A DNA stretch of 64,000 nt from the IMG/VR virus record IMGVR_UViG_3300011635_000012; one strand, given 5' to 3'. Made by a program: the position numbers and the translations under genes. This stretch comes from an uncultured virus (IMG/VR IMGVR_UViG_3300011635_000012) (taxonomy: Duplodnaviria; Heunggongvirae; Uroviricota; Caudoviricetes). Shown one piece after another: positions 48,555-59,670 of this stretch (its first letter is position 1; every line of letters starts with the position of its first letter). The notes beneath the pieces were generated by a model. It was given only the letters and a program-made list of their open reading frames with translations. It did no database searches and was not told where the DNA came from.

Positions 48555-49130
48555 ATGCAAGTTGGCTATGTAAGGGTGTCAACAAATGACCAAAATACGG
48601 ATCTTCAGCGGCAAGCACTCGAACGCGCAGGATGTGAACATATTTTCGAAGAAAAAATGAGCGGAACGGTAGCGAACCGACCAGTACTAAAAAAGCTTCT
48701 CAAGGCATTAAATGAGGGGGATACACTGGTGGTCTGGAAGTTGGATCGCCTTGGGCGCAGCATGCGTAATCTTGTGCTGCTGGTGGACGAGCTCCGGCAG
48801 CGCGGTATCCACTTTAAGAGCCTCACGGACAGTATCGATACATCAAGCCCGATGGGGCGCTTCATCTTTCATATCATGTCAGCCCTGGCGGAAATGGAGA
48901 GGGAGTTGATTGTTGAGCGCACCCGGGCAGGCCTGGCAGCAGCTCGTGAGAAAGGGCGAATCGGCGGCAGGCGTCCGAAGCTTACCCCGGAGCAATGGGA
49001 TCAGGCGGGCCGATTGATTGCGAACGGCGTGGACAGGAAGAAGGTGGCGATCATTTATGATGTGGCTGTTTGCACGCTCTATAAAAAATTCCCAGTAAAT
49101 AAAGACGTTACACGAACTTCAACACATTAA
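48555..49130 (+). CDS. Serine DNA invertase (Gin/Pin/Hin family)
   Basis: GYVRVSTNDQ, WKLDRLGRS, GRIGGRRP, HTH. Confidence 0.95.
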   Translation: MQVGYVRVSTNDQNTDLQRQALERAGCEHIFEEKMSGTVANRPVLKKLLKALNEGDTLVVWKLDRLGRSMRNLVLLVDELRQRGIHFKSLTDSIDTSSPMGRFIFHIMSALAEMERELIVERTRAGLAAAREKGRIGGRRPKLTPEQWDQAGRLIANGVDRKKVAIIYDVAVCTLYKKFPVNKDVTRTSTH

Positions 49131-49459
49131 AATTCATCCGGGTTATTCGATGTGCTTATGCCAATTTTGATCAGGCTCAATACTATCAAGCCAAGAGCAA
49201 CAACTACGGTACTTGCGATTATAAACGTTGCCATGTTGAACCTTTTTTATGAACTTTTCATTTAGACAATACGGAACTGCAAACGTTCAGAACAAAAAAT
49301 TCTTAGTATGAGAGCAGGATGTTTGATGTTTCGGACAGCCATATGTAAAAATGAGCTACGGTTGCTGGGCACTGTTCGGTAATTCGAATATTGAATGTTA
49401 CAACCATGAAGATTCTGTTTGTACATAAGCTTCTGTAACAAGAGGATCTACTGAAAGGA

Positions 49460-49885
49460 ATGATGAGAGATGTGTGGGGGCTTACCGTAGTTGAATTTAT
49501 TGCTATCAAGCGGAATCTTGAGAATATTTCTGATACATGGTCAGATCTCTGGGCAATGTTGTATCTGAGTCAGGCTAAGCCCGGACAGCTTCTTGGGGCA
49601 AAGTTTGATGATGTGAGCCATGATATTCTTGTTCTTTCAGCCACAAAAGGACTGAGGGAAAGATGCATTGCTCTTAAGCCTGGAGTTAAAAGAATTCTCC
49701 ACTCCCGCAGGGAGAAGTATCCTGAAGATGTGTTTTTGTTTCAGAGCCATTCACATCGTACCAAGACAACTCCAAGACCGGTAACGTTAGTTGCATTTAA
49801 TGCGGCACTGAAAAGGGCATCTATTGGAGTGACCGCAAAAACAGTGAGTAGTAAAAGTGCTTATTATTTAACGCCACTAAGATGA
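49460..49885 (+). CDS. Degenerate tyrosine-recombinase-fold protein
   Basis: RREKYPEDVFLFQS similar to 62149-62709; catalytic residues not seen. Confidence 0.55.
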   Translation: MMRDVWGLTVVEFIAIKRNLENISDTWSDLWAMLYLSQAKPGQLLGAKFDDVSHDILVLSATKGLRERCIALKPGVKRILHSRREKYPEDVFLFQSHSHRTKTTPRPVTLVAFNAALKRASIGVTAKTVSSKSAYYLTPLR

Positions 49886-49971
49886 AGTGCCGTTCAATAT
49901 CGGAAAAGTACGATGGGTAGTGGTGCATGTCTGCGTAGTTGAAGGTATGCACGAAGCGAACACGGGCTTTG

Positions 49972-50211
49972 CTAATCATTCACCAGCCACATATTTGCGT
50001 CTTCAAATATTTCCTCCAGCATGCGGTTCAGCTTTTCCCGATCGCTTTTGCTGGCATCGCTATTCAAGCCGTTCGCCTGCATCGGCTTCACCCTCACTTC
50101 AGCATCAGGGAAAATCTGGTGCACTCGTTTCGTCAACTCGGCTAGGATAATCTCCCTGGCTCCCTCCAAGCCTTCAACGTTTCGCTTATCGTAAACCAGT
50201 TCAACAAACAT
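49972..50211 (-). CDS. DinI/MsgA-like protein
   Basis: MFVELVYDKRNV..FEDANMWL; LexA box upstream. Confidence 0.85.
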   Translation of the reverse strand: MFVELVYDKRNVEGLEGAREIILAELTKRVHQIFPDAEVRVKPMQANGLNSDASKSDREKLNRMLEEIFEDANMWLVND

Positions 50212-50227
50212 AATGCGCTCCATTATC

Positions 50228-50247
50228 TACTGTTTGGATATACAGTA
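50228..50247. promoter_or_regulatory. LexA box
   Basis: TACTGTTTGGATATACAGTA. Confidence 0.85.
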
Positions 50248-50489
50248 TTTTTGCTGTGGAGGATTTGTCTGTCAAGGCGTGAGCCCTTTGTTTTTAAATT
50301 TTGAGGGTATTTCTGCGTGAATAATTATTGTCGATGTGACCTGCAGAGCCGATGGTGTCTGAGGTTGGCTTAAAAAAGCTTTGGGGCATGGATGGGGCAA
50401 AAGTGCATGGTAAAGTGCGTTAAAGTTCGTTAATCATGTTTTGTCTCGATCTCGCTCATCCCTTGTTTTATGCGCTCCTGGACGATCTT

Positions 50490-50501
50490 TATCGATTTTA
50501 A
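50490..50501 (+). other. Candidate prophage attR (ompW 3'-end-like TATCGATTTTAA)
   Basis: Reads Y-R-F-stop like the OmpW C-terminus; TGGGGCA arm-like pair at 50382/50393; ompW normally lies on this side of trpA. Confidence 0.45.
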
Positions 50502-50511
50502 AAATTATGAG

Positions 50512-50789
50512 TTCATATTATGTCAGCCCTGGCGGAAATGGAGAGGGAGTTGATTGTGGAGCGCACCCGGGCAGGTTTGGCTGCAGCTCGTGAGAAAGGT
50601 CGAATCGGCGGCAGGCGTCCAAAGCTTACCCAGGAACAATGGGACCAGGCGGGCCGACTGATTGCGAACGGCGTGGACAGAAAACAGGTGGCAATAATTT
50701 ATGATGTGGCCGTGTGCACGCTTTATAAAAAATTTCCGGTGGGGATAAATCGGAGAAAAAGCAGCCCACCGTGTGAAATGGCGGGCTGA
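50512..50789 (+). pseudogene. 3' half of a second invertase gene
   Basis: Near-identical to ~48868-49095; catalytic N-terminus absent. Confidence 0.85.
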
Positions 50790-50799
50790 TTTGTGATTT

Positions 50800-51378
50800 T
50801 TACGGTTGTATCCAGCGATCACGTGCTCGCCGTGCTATGGCGATCATTTTCTGTATCTCGCCGAGCGTGAATTTTTCCGCTTCATCACACGGCATTACCA
50901 CATAGCCGGAACGGATCACATGTTCCAGGCATGAATCGGGGTTCATAACTACTTCACCAGGCATAAGAGGGTGGCACGCCACCGGCAGGCTGTTTTCGAA
51001 GTAGGTGATCACAGCATAATTTTGACTAACCGAAGCCTGACTCACTTGTTGGAGAGGCTCCACAACTTCTTTATCGAGGATGTCTAATACCCATTTACGG
51101 AATTCTTTTGCGACCGGCGTTCTGGCAAACATGGCGATCAGATGAGCCCCTCGCAGGGAGAAAACACGATTTTCACGCTGTACGCCTCTGGTGGTCAAAT
51201 TGACCACCGAAGCCATGCCGTCCGTAAATTCATCAGCATGACGCGTGTGTATACGGAGCACGGATTTATCATCAGCATATTGAAGTGCGGCAGCTATATC
51301 AGAAGCGGTTAGCCAGATCTGGTTCTTATGAGTTACAACCGAAAAATTATGATCGTGAAATGAAAGCTGAGTAGTCAT
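50800..51378 (-). CDS. Bro-N antirepressor-like protein
   Basis: RVFSLRGAHLIAMFARTPVAKEFRKWVLD. Confidence 0.85.
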   Translation of the reverse strand: MTTQLSFHDHNFSVVTHKNQIWLTASDIAAALQYADDKSVLRIHTRHADEFTDGMASVVNLTTRGVQRENRVFSLRGAHLIAMFARTPVAKEFRKWVLDILDKEVVEPLQQVSQASVSQNYAVITYFENSLPVACHPLMPGEVVMNPDSCLEHVIRSGYVVMPCDEAEKFTLGEIQKMIAIARRARDRWIQP

Positions 51379-51532
51379 GGCGACACCCTCGGTGGTTTCT
51401 GAATAATCACCACCGCTGATGCCAATCAGTAGGGTGGTGAACTGTGCAGGGTTGGCATAACCGGGAAACCACCGGCGCGGATTTCTCCGCCCCCACACAG
51501 CCCACCATAATGCGAAGATGTGACTATGCAAA

Positions 51533-51616
51533 CGACAATAAAAAACACGCTCGCGGCGTGTCGTTGTCGCGGTTTCCATTCGGGATGCCAATCCCGGCAC
51601 CAGATTTTGCTGGTGC
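51533..51616 (-). ncRNA. IsrK/C4/P4-CI-like antisense immunity RNA
   Basis: GCACCAGCAAAATCTGGTGC, CGGGATTGGCATCCCG and ACACGCCGCGAGCGTGT hairpins plus U run. Confidence 0.75.
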
Positions 51617-51622
51617 AGGGCG

Positions 51623-51651
51623 AGTATGAGAAAAAAATATTTTTATGTCAA
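51623..51651 (-). promoter_or_regulatory. Sigma70 promoter for the RNA/Bro-N module
   Basis: TTGACA-17-CATACT. Confidence 0.75.
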
Positions 51652-51937
51652 CGTCGGTCAAAAAATCCTTCTCCAAAACTCAGGCGTAAGTGCATGAAAA
51701 TGCTTGCGTTCGCACGACGTAAAATGCATTAAAAAACACGCTAAAATATGTGGTTATCTATTTGAATCAAAAGAGGAATCTGTGTTTTTCGTTTTTCTTT
51801 GAACTCAGAGGGTTTAAAGCCGAAAAGAGACCAAATCATACGCTTACGGCAAGGTTTGAAAAGCCATTCACGCCGAAAATATCGATGGGATCAATTTTGG
51901 CGTAACGCTTAAGTGATAGCGGGAATATAAGAGGAAG

Positions 51938-51963
51938 ACCGTCTGGCTGAGTCGCCAGACGGT
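51938..51963 (-). terminator. Hairpin after trpA
   Basis: ACCGTCTGGC-tgagtc-GCCAGACGGT. Confidence 0.6.
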
Positions 51964-51970
51964 GGAAGGA

Positions 51971-52780
51971 TCAGGCTTTACGCGTTGCGGCTTTCATCGC
52001 CGTAACAAATGCTTTGAGTTCAGTCAGCATCTGCTCGGGCTTGTCCACGTTCTTCTCAATGATTTTGACGATAGCAGAGCCGGAGATTGCGCCTGCCGCT
52101 TTTGCGTCAATTGCCGCCGTAACCTGATCCGGGGATGAAATGCCGAATCCCTGCAGCGGAGGTGCTGCGTGGTATTCAGCCAGTTTTTCTACCAGATGAT
52201 GCAGCGGCAGCGCGGCTTTGTTTTCAGCACCCGTCACGCCCGCGCGGGAGAGCAGGTAGGTGTAACCACGGCCGTAAGAGGCAATCTGGCGCAGCAGTTC
52301 GTCATCGGCGTTTGGCGGGCAGATGAAAATCGGCGCCACGTTATGACGCATAGCTGCCTGGCGGAACGGTGCAGATTCTTCAACCGGGACGTCGGCCACC
52401 AGCACGGAGTCAACGCCCACCCGCGCGCACTCGGCATAAAATTCGTCGATTCCGCGGTTAAAGACCAGGTTGGCATACATCAGCAGGCCAATCGGAATGG
52501 TCGGGTGCTTCTGACGGATCGCGGCCAGCATCTCAAAACACTGCGTTGGGGTGACGCCCGCGGCAAAGGCACGCAGAGTGGCGTTCTGAATGGTCGGGCC
52601 ATCCGCCAGCGGGTCAGAGAACGGGATCCCCAGCTCCAGCGCATCGGCACCGGCTTCAATCAGGGCGTCGATAATTTTTAGCGACTGTTCCGGGCCCGGA
52701 TCGCCCAGCGTGACGAAGGGAACGAACGCGCCTTCCTGGCGGGATTTCAGTTGTGCAAATGCGTTATCGTAGCGTTCCAT
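51971..52780 (-). CDS. trpA: Tryptophan synthase alpha
   Basis: [17 protein letters not shown]. Confidence 0.98.
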   Translation of the reverse strand: MERYDNAFAQLKSRQEGAFVPFVTLGDPGPEQSLKIIDALIEAGADALELGIPFSDPLADGPTIQNATLRAFAAGVTPTQCFEMLAAIRQKHPTIPIGLLMYANLVFNRGIDEFYAECARVGVDSVLVADVPVEESAPFRQAAMRHNVAPIFICPPNADDELLRQIASYGRGYTYLLSRAGVTGAENKAALPLHHLVEKLAEYHAAPPLQGFGISSPDQVTAAIDAKAAGAISGSAIVKIIEKNVDKPEQMLTELKAFVTAMKAATRKA

Positions 52781-53973
52781 CAGATTTCCCCTCGTGCTTT
52801 CAGAATATCGTGAACGGTGAAGATATCTTTATCACCGCGACCGGAAAGGTTAACGACCAGCAGTTGCTCTTTTTCCGGGTTTTCTTTCATCATTTTCAGC
52901 GCATGCGCCAGAGCATGCGAGGACTCCAGTGCCGGGATGATCCCTTCGCTGCGGCACAGCGTCTTAAACGCTTCCAGCGCTTCGTCATCGGTGATGGAGA
53001 CGTAGTCAGCGCGTCCGGTGCTGTTCAGGAACGCATGCTGTGGCCCGACGGACGGGAAATCCAGACCGGCAGAGATGGAGTACGACTCTTCAATCTGACC
53101 TTCATCGGTCTGCATCATCGGCGCTTTCATGCCGAAGTAGATCCCCACGCGGCCATGTTTCAGCGGAGCGCCGTGCTCACCGGTTTCAATCCCGTGACCC
53201 GCTGGCTCCACGCCGATCAGGCCAACACGGGTTTCGTCGATAAAATCAGCGAACATCCCGATGGCGTTTGACCCTCCGCCCACACAGGCAATCACCGCGT
53301 CCGGCAGACGGCCTTCTTTTTCAAGGATCTGCGCTTTGGTCTCTTCGCCAATCATGCGCTGGAATTCACGCACGATAGTCGGGAACGGGTGCGGGCCAGC
53401 GGCCGTGCCGAGCATGTAGTGCGCGGTTTCATAGCTACCAGACCAGTCGCGCAGCGCTTCGTTACAGGCATCTTTCAGCGTGGCAGAACCACTGTGAACC
53501 GGGATCACTTCTGCGCCCATCAGACGCATACGGAATACGTTCGGAGACTGACGCTCAACGTCTTTCGCCCCCATATAGATACGGCATTTCAGGCCAAGCA
53601 GGGCGCTTGCCAGTGCTGATGCCACGCCGTGCTGACCCGCGCCGGTTTCGGCGATGATCTCGGTTTTGCCCATCCGTTTTGCCAGCAGTGCCTGTCCTAA
53701 CACCTGGTTGGTTTTATGCGCGCCGCCGTGCAGCAGGTCTTCACGCTTGAGGTACAGCGTGGTTTTGGTGCCGGCAGTCAGGTTACGGCATTTGGTCAGC
53801 GCTGTTGGACGGCCCGCGTAGTTTTTCAGCAGGTCGGTAAATTCAGCCTGAAACGCTGGATCTTTCTGTGCGCTCACAAACGCTTCTTCCAGCTGGCGCA
53901 GTGCGGGCATCAGGATCTGCGGAACGTACATCCCGCCGAACTCACCAAAATACGGGTTAAGTAATGTCGTCAT
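52780..53973 (-). CDS. trpB: Tryptophan synthase beta
   Basis: [11 protein letters not shown]. Confidence 0.98.
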   Translation of the reverse strand: MTTLLNPYFGEFGGMYVPQILMPALRQLEEAFVSAQKDPAFQAEFTDLLKNYAGRPTALTKCRNLTAGTKTTLYLKREDLLHGGAHKTNQVLGQALLAKRMGKTEIIAETGAGQHGVASALASALLGLKCRIYMGAKDVERQSPNVFRMRLMGAEVIPVHSGSATLKDACNEALRDWSGSYETAHYMLGTAAGPHPFPTIVREFQRMIGEETKAQILEKEGRLPDAVIACVGGGSNAIGMFADFIDETRVGLIGVEPAGHGIETGEHGAPLKHGRVGIYFGMKAPMMQTDEGQIEESYSISAGLDFPSVGPQHAFLNSTGRADYVSITDDEALEAFKTLCRSEGIIPALESSHALAHALKMMKENPEKEQLLVVNLSGRGDKDIFTVHDILKARGEI

Positions 53974-53983
53974 TTTTTCTTCC

Positions 53984-55342
53984 TTAATATGCACGCAGAG
54001 TTTTAAATACCGAGGCCAGCTTACTGGCATCTTTGATGCCCGGTTGCGACTCTACGCCTGAATTGAAATCGAGGCCCGCGCAGCCGGTTTTGGCTGCTTC
54101 CACACAGTTATCCGGGCTAAGTCCACCCGCCAGCAGGACATTGTCCAGCGCTTCGCCGTTCAGCAGTGACCAGTCAAAACGCTGGCCTGTACCGCCCTGG
54201 CCGTTATCGAGCACGTATTTATCAACATGATTCAGGTTACGTGCTGGCAGGGTGCTGCCCACGCTCTGCGCTTTCCAGATCTGAACCTGAGGAGCCAGCC
54301 CGGCACGCAGGGCATCGATGTATGCCTGATCTTCATCACCGTGCAGTTGTACTGCACTAAGGGATAACGCTTCGGCTTTTGCCGTAACGTCCGCAATATC
54401 AGCGTTACGGAAGACGCCCACATAGCTGAGTGGGGCTGCCGCTATCACCTTGCGTGCCTGTTCATCGCTCACCGCACGCGGTGAGGAGCCCACAAAGATC
54501 AACCCGCCGTAAATAGCCCCCGCCTCATAGGCGGCCTGGGCATCCTGTTCGCGGGTTAAGCCGCACACTTTGTTTTCACCCAACAGCACCCGACGCACTG
54601 CGGCATTGAGATCGTCATGTGCCATCATCGCAGAGCCAATCAGGAAACCGTTGGCAAAGTGGCTCAGCTCACGCACCTGGGCGTAGCTGTTGATCCCGGA
54701 TTCACTGATAACGGTCACGCCAGAGCCCAGACGCGGTGCCAGCTGACGCGTACGATTCAGGTCAATTGACAGATCGCGCAGATCGCGGTTGTTAATCCCG
54801 ACCACTTTCGCCTGCAGTGCAATGGCTCGCTCCAGCTCTTCTTCGTTGCTCACCTCGGTCAGCACGCCCATGTTGAGGCTGTGCGCCACCGCAGCCAACT
54901 GGCGATACTGCTCGTCGTCGAGCACCGAGAGCATCAGCAGGCAGGCGTCAGCCTGGTAAAAACGCGCCAGCCAGATCTGATACGGGTCGATAATAAAGTC
55001 TTTGCACAGAATCGGTTGCGGCGCGATGCTGCTGACAACAGGCAGAAAATCGAAGCTGCCCTGGAAATATTTCTCATCCGTCAGCACAGAGATCGCCGAC
55101 GCATGATGCTTATAAATGCCGGCAATACGCGCCGGATCGAAATCCTCACGGATAACGCCTTTCGACGGGGAGGCTTTTTTGCACTCAAGAATAAATGCGG
55201 TGCGCGCGCCCTGCAGGGCATCATAGAAACGACGGCTGCTTGGGACGACGTCGTTCTGAAAACTGGCAAGCGGCTGCTGCGCTTTGCGGGCTTCCACCCA
55301 GATGGCCTTATCGGCAACGATTTTCGCTAAAACGGTCTGCAT
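53984..55342 (-). CDS. trpC: Bifunctional IGP synthase/PRA isomerase
   Basis: [16 protein letters not shown]. Confidence 0.97.
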   Translation of the reverse strand: MQTVLAKIVADKAIWVEARKAQQPLASFQNDVVPSSRRFYDALQGARTAFILECKKASPSKGVIREDFDPARIAGIYKHHASAISVLTDEKYFQGSFDFLPVVSSIAPQPILCKDFIIDPYQIWLARFYQADACLLMLSVLDDEQYRQLAAVAHSLNMGVLTEVSNEEELERAIALQAKVVGINNRDLRDLSIDLNRTRQLAPRLGSGVTVISESGINSYAQVRELSHFANGFLIGSAMMAHDDLNAAVRRVLLGENKVCGLTREQDAQAAYEAGAIYGGLIFVGSSPRAVSDEQARKVIAAAPLSYVGVFRNADIADVTAKAEALSLSAVQLHGDEDQAYIDALRAGLAPQVQIWKAQSVGSTLPARNLNHVDKYVLDNGQGGTGQRFDWSLLNGEALDNVLLAGGLSPDNCVEAAKTGCAGLDFNSGVESQPGIKDASKLASVFKTLRAY

Positions 55343-55345
55343 TCT

Positions 55346-56947
55346 TTACCCTCTTGCCGCAAGTGCGGTAACGCGATCGTAAGCTGCACCAGAGCGCAGT
55401 ACGTCCAGAACTTTTTGTGCGTTAGCTTTGAGATCCTCTTCGCCGTGCAATCGCATCAGCATGGCCACGTTGGCTGCCACGGCTGCCTCATGGGCAACCT
55501 CTCCCTTACCTTGTAATAAGCGCGTGAGAATGTCACGGTTTTCTTCCGGCGTGCCGCCTGCCAGCGCCTCCTGATGATACGGCGTTAAACCAAAGTCGGC
55601 GGCTTCCAGCTGATAGCTCAGGATTTCGCCATTGCGCAGTTCCGCGACGAGAGTTGGCGCGTGAAGGGACACTTCATCCATACCCCCGCTGTGAACCACT
55701 GCCGCGCGCTGATAACCGAGCACGCGCAGGGTTTCCGCAATTGGCAGAACCAGTTCCGGGCTGTAAACACCAATCAGCGCCAGCGGCGGGTGCGCCGGGT
55801 TGATCAGCGGCCCCAGTACGTTAAACAGCGTGCGTGTTTTGAGTTGCTGNNNNNNNNNNACCGGCATCGCATGGCGGAAACCGGTGTGATACTTCGGCGC
55901 AAACAGGAAGCAGACGCCCAGATCGTCCAGCGCTTCACGGGAGCGTTCGGCGTTCATATCCAGGTTAATGCCGAAGGCAGCCAGCAAATCGGACGAGCCC
56001 GAGCGGCTGGAGACACTGCGGTTACCGTGTTTCGCCACCTTCAGGCCACACGCCGCGGCCACGAAGGCACTGGCGGTGGAGATATTGATGCTATTGCTGC
56101 CATCGCCCCCGGTGCCGACGATATCCGCAAACTGATAATCCGGGCGCGGGAAGGGGGCGGCATTTTCCAGCAGGGCCGTGGCGGCACCGGCGATTTCTTG
56201 CGGGCTTTCGCCGCGCACTTTCATGCTAACCAGTGCGGCCGCCAGCTGTTCAGGTTTCAGCTCACCGCGAACCACGGCAGAAAAGAGCTGGTGGCTCTCC
56301 TGCTGGCTCAGGGTCTGCGCCTGATACAGCCTTTCCAGAATCGGTTGCAGCGTGTTGGTCTGCTCCAGTTTCTGCAACGCCCAGTCCAGCGTCTGCTCCA
56401 GCAGTCGCGCGCCATGGGTCGTGAGAATCGACTCCGGATGGAACTGCATGCCGCAGACGCGATCCGCATCGTGACGCACGGCCATTACCATCCCTTCAAA
56501 CGAGGCGTTAATGGTCAGCCCGGCCGGGATGTTGCTGCCCACCAGGGAGTGATAGCGCGCAACCGGCAGCGGATTTGGCAGGCCGGCAAACATCGCCTGG
56601 CCGTCATGTTCAATGCTGGAGGCCTTGCCGTGCAGGATCTCACCTGCCTGACCCACGTAGCCGCCATAGGCTTCCACAATCGCCTGGTGACCCAGACAGA
56701 TACCGATAATCGGCAGTTTACCGCGCATACGGGTCAGCAGCTCCGGCATACAGCCCGCCTCACTGGGGGCTCCTGGGCCAGGAGAGAGCATCAGCACCGG
56801 GTTTTGCATGGTTGCCAGACGGTCTATCAGCGTCTGTGCCGGAACATGGTTACGATAGATAACGACGTTGTGACCATTCGCACGCAGCTGATCTGCCAGG
56901 TTATAGGTAAAAGAGTCGATGTTATCGAGCAGCAGAATGTCAGCCAT
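55346..56947 (-). CDS. trpD: Anthranilate synthase II/phosphoribosyltransferase (N gap 55850-55859)
   Basis: [16 protein letters not shown]. Confidence 0.97.
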   Translation of the reverse strand: MADILLLDNIDSFTYNLADQLRANGHNVVIYRNHVPAQTLIDRLATMQNPVLMLSPGPGAPSEAGCMPELLTRMRGKLPIIGICLGHQAIVEAYGGYVGQAGEILHGKASSIEHDGQAMFAGLPNPLPVARYHSLVGSNIPAGLTINASFEGMVMAVRHDADRVCGMQFHPESILTTHGARLLEQTLDWALQKLEQTNTLQPILERLYQAQTLSQQESHQLFSAVVRGELKPEQLAAALVSMKVRGESPQEIAGAATALLENAAPFPRPDYQFADIVGTGGDGSNSINISTASAFVAAACGLKVAKHGNRSVSSRSGSSDLLAAFGINLDMNAERSREALDDLGVCFLFAPKYHTGFRHAMPXXXXQQLKTRTLFNVLGPLINPAHPPLALIGVYSPELVLPIAETLRVLGYQRAAVVHSGGMDEVSLHAPTLVAELRNGEILSYQLEAADFGLTPYHQEALAGGTPEENRDILTRLLQGKGEVAHEAAVAANVAMLMRLHGEEDLKANAQKVLDVLRSGAAYDRVTALAARG

Positions 56948-58509
56948 CAGAAAATCTCCTGTGCGTGATGTGCGGTAGCAATGGCGCGCAATACCGCGCG
57001 GGCTTTACTGCGGGTTTCGTCAGCTTCAGACTGCGGAACAGAATCCAGAACAATCCCTGCGCCTGCCTGCACGGTAGCGATACCGTCCTCAACGTAGGCG
57101 GAGCGGATCACAATGCAGGTATCCAGATCGCCATGGGCGGTGAAGTAGCCCACTGCACCACCGTAACTGCCGCGACGGCGCCCTTCAGCCGCCGCGATCA
57201 GCTGCATGGCGCGAACTTTCGGCGCGCCGCTCAGCGTGCCCATGTTCATACAGGCGCGGTAGGCGTGAAGCACGTCGAGGTCGCTGCGCAGTTCGCCCAC
57301 CACGCGGGATACCAGATGCATAACAAACGAGTAGCGGTCGACCTTGGTCAAGTCCGCCACGTAGCGGCTGCCAGGGGTACAAATGCGCGCCAGGTCGTTA
57401 CGGGCCAGATCAACCAGCATCAGATGCTCGGAGAGCTCTTTATGGTCGGTACGCATTTCCAGCTCAATGCGGCTGTCGAGATCGCGATCCAGCGAGCCAT
57501 CGGCTCGACGGCCGCGTGGCCGGGTTCCGGCAATCGGGTAGATCTCAATCTGGCGGCTGGTGGCGTCATATTTCAGTGAACTTTCAGGGGATGCGCCAAA
57601 CAGGGTGAAATCATTGTCCTGCATAAAGAACATGTACGGGCTTGGGTTGCTCTTTTTCAGCACGTCATAGGCCGCGAGCGGCGACGGGCAGGGCAGAGAG
57701 AAACGACGGGACGGAACAACCTGGAAAATTTCTCCGGCGCGAATCGCTTTTTGCATCTGGCGAACCACGGCACCGTACTGATCGTCGCTCTGATTAACCT
57801 CACAGGTCATTTTCTCGACACGATGTACAGGCAGCGCAGGCGGCGCTTCGGTCATTTGTTGCTGCAACTGCTCAATACGCTGCTCAAGGCGTTTTTTCTC
57901 TGTCGCGGATGGCGTGAAGAGGCTTGCCTGAATACGGGTGTTTTTTTTCTGGTGGTCGATCACCAGTAAGGTTTCGGCCAGGTAGAAGCAGTAGTCGGGG
58001 CAGCGGTTACCCTGTTCAATGTCCGGTAAATCTTCGAACCCGGCCACCAGGTCGTAAGCAAACAGCCCGCCAAAGAACATTGCTTCGCGTTCATCTTCCG
58101 GCACGGTGACCAGATTTTGCAGCAGACGGAAGGCATCAAAAACGGAAAGAGAGCACAGGCGTGCGTCTTCGTCCAGCAGTTGGCTCACCGGCGGGAAGTG
58201 CAGAACGCGCATTTCAGGATGGTGTTCATTTTCGATACCAGCAGGCAGGCTCGCATCCAGTAACGGCAGCAGAGCCGCACCGTTATCCGATAACGCTTTG
58301 ATAGTGACAGTGTCACCTAGCGCCGTAATGCGCAGCGCGCTGTCCACCAACAGCAGGCTCTTGAGATCGTCTTTGCTGTCAATATCGGCGGATTCCAGTA
58401 ACAACGTGGCTGGACGCGCACCGCAGACCTGATGAAACAGCGCGGTTGGGTTGTGGCGATAGGCCGCCTCGCTGGTCAGCAATTCGAGGTGTGGTTTGGC
58501 TGTTTGCAT
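56947..58509 (-). CDS. trpE: Anthranilate synthase component I
   Basis: [17 protein letters not shown]. Confidence 0.97.
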   Translation of the reverse strand: MQTAKPHLELLTSEAAYRHNPTALFHQVCGARPATLLLESADIDSKDDLKSLLLVDSALRITALGDTVTIKALSDNGAALLPLLDASLPAGIENEHHPEMRVLHFPPVSQLLDEDARLCSLSVFDAFRLLQNLVTVPEDEREAMFFGGLFAYDLVAGFEDLPDIEQGNRCPDYCFYLAETLLVIDHQKKNTRIQASLFTPSATEKKRLEQRIEQLQQQMTEAPPALPVHRVEKMTCEVNQSDDQYGAVVRQMQKAIRAGEIFQVVPSRRFSLPCPSPLAAYDVLKKSNPSPYMFFMQDNDFTLFGASPESSLKYDATSRQIEIYPIAGTRPRGRRADGSLDRDLDSRIELEMRTDHKELSEHLMLVDLARNDLARICTPGSRYVADLTKVDRYSFVMHLVSRVVGELRSDLDVLHAYRACMNMGTLSGAPKVRAMQLIAAAEGRRRGSYGGAVGYFTAHGDLDTCIVIRSAYVEDGIATVQAGAGIVLDSVPQSEADETRSKARAVLRAIATAHHAQEIF

Positions 58510-58534
58510 TATGTTGTTCTCATTTATTCTGTTC

Positions 58535-58560
58535 AAAAAAAAGCCCGCTGATGAGCGGGC
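58535..58560 (-). terminator. trp attenuator terminator
   Basis: GCCCGC-tcatca-GCGGGC plus U run. Confidence 0.92.
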
Positions 58561-58604
58561 GGGTATCTGTTTGCTGTACGCAGACGTGTGACACTGCCCG
58601 GAAA

Positions 58605-58649
58605 TCAGGAAGTGCGCCACCAACCGTGCAGAGTGAAATGTGCAGTCAT
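58605..58649 (-). CDS. trpL: trp leader peptide [14 protein letters not shown]
   Basis: Tandem Trp codons. Confidence 0.95.
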   Translation of the reverse strand: MTAHFTLHGWWRTS

Positions 58650-58678
58650 TTTCAGATACCTTTCTCGTGTGAACTTGC

Positions 58679-58712
58679 GTACTAGTTAACTAGTTCGATG
58701 GCGTATTGTCAA
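58679..58712 (-). promoter_or_regulatory. trp promoter and TrpR operator
   Basis: TTGACA-17-TTAACT; GAACTAGTTAACTAGTAC. Confidence 0.93.
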
Positions 58713-58788
58713 CCCTTGATTTCAGAATTTCGTGGCAAGTCGGTATCATGGGCTTTTAAGATGTCTCTAACCTGTGACGGGAAGTGCT

Positions 58789-59670
58789 TTGAGCGATACC
58801 ACCTACGCCGTAATTTATGATTTACACAGCCATACCCAGGCCTCCGATGGTCTGCTGACGCCCGAAGCGTTGGTGCATCGTGCCGTTGAAATGCGGGTTG
58901 GCACGCTGGCCATAACCGATCACGATACAACCGATGCCATTCCAGCCGCGCGCGCCGAGATTGCCCGCAGTGGTCTGGCACTCAAACTGGTTCCTGGCGT
59001 CGAGATATCGACCGTCTGGGAGAATCACGAAATCCATATTGTTGGCCTGAACATCGATATAGACCATCCGGTAATGTGTGCGTTTTTGCAAGAACAAAAA
59101 ACGCGCCGCAATCAGCGCGCAGAAATGATCGCTGAACGTCTGGAAAAGGCGCATATTCCGGGCGCCCTGGAAGGGGCACAAAGGCTGGCAAACGGGGGCG
59201 CGGTAACGCGCGGTCATTTTGCCCGTTTTCTGGTTGAGGCCGGCAAGGCCACAACGATAGCGGATGTCTTTAAACGCTATCTGGCTCGCGGGAAAACCGG
59301 ATATGTTCCGCCACAGTGGTGTACAATAAAACAAGCTATTGATGTGATTCATCATTCTGGCGGTAAGGCCGTGCTGGCCCATCCGGGGCGGTATAATCTT
59401 TCTGCTAAATGGCTGAAAAGACTGCTGGCGCATTTTGCCGAATGCGGTGGCGAGGCGATGGAAGTCGCCCAGTGTCAGCAGGCGCCCAACGAGCGTTCGC
59501 AGCTTGCGACCTACGCCCGCCAGTTTGGTTTGCTGGCGTCACAAGGCTCAGATTTTCATCAGCCCTGTGCGTGGATAGAACTGGGACGCAAGCTTTGGTT
59601 ACCCGCAGGCGTTGAGCCTGTCTGGCAGCTCTGGGAACAGCCACAGCAACTTGAAGAGAGGGAAGTATGA
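58789..59670 (+). CDS. yciV: PHP-family RNase AM (YciV/TrpH)
   Basis: DLHSHT, ITDHD, GSDFH; synteny. Confidence 0.92.
   Translation: MSDTTYAVIYDLHSHTQASDGLLTPEALVHRAVEMRVGTLAITDHDTTDAIPAARAEIARSGLALKLVPGVEISTVWENHEIHIVGLNIDIDHPVMCAFLQEQKTRRNQRAEMIAERLEKAHIPGALEGAQRLANGGAVTRGHFARFLVEAGKATTIADVFKRYLARGKTGYVPPQWCTIKQAIDVIHHSGGKAVLAHPGRYNLSAKWLKRLLAHFAECGGEAMEVAQCQQAPNERSQLATYARQFGLLASQGSDFHQPCAWIELGRKLWLPAGVEPVWQLWEQPQQLEEREV

Larger units (their letters stand above)
72..50501. mobile_element. Lambdoid cos-type prophage (left end outside window)
   Basis: Lambda-order modules: immunity, replication, Q, lysis, cos, terminase, portal, capsid, tail Z-U-V-G-T-H-M-L-K-I-J, fibre; right boundary inferred. 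Confidence 0.93.

Noticed and set aside
55661..56968. 435-aa ORF antisense to trpD, and similar long antisense ORFs over trp, terminase, capsid and tape-measure genes
   Set aside because: Shadow frames of GC-rich coding genes with no recognisable motifs
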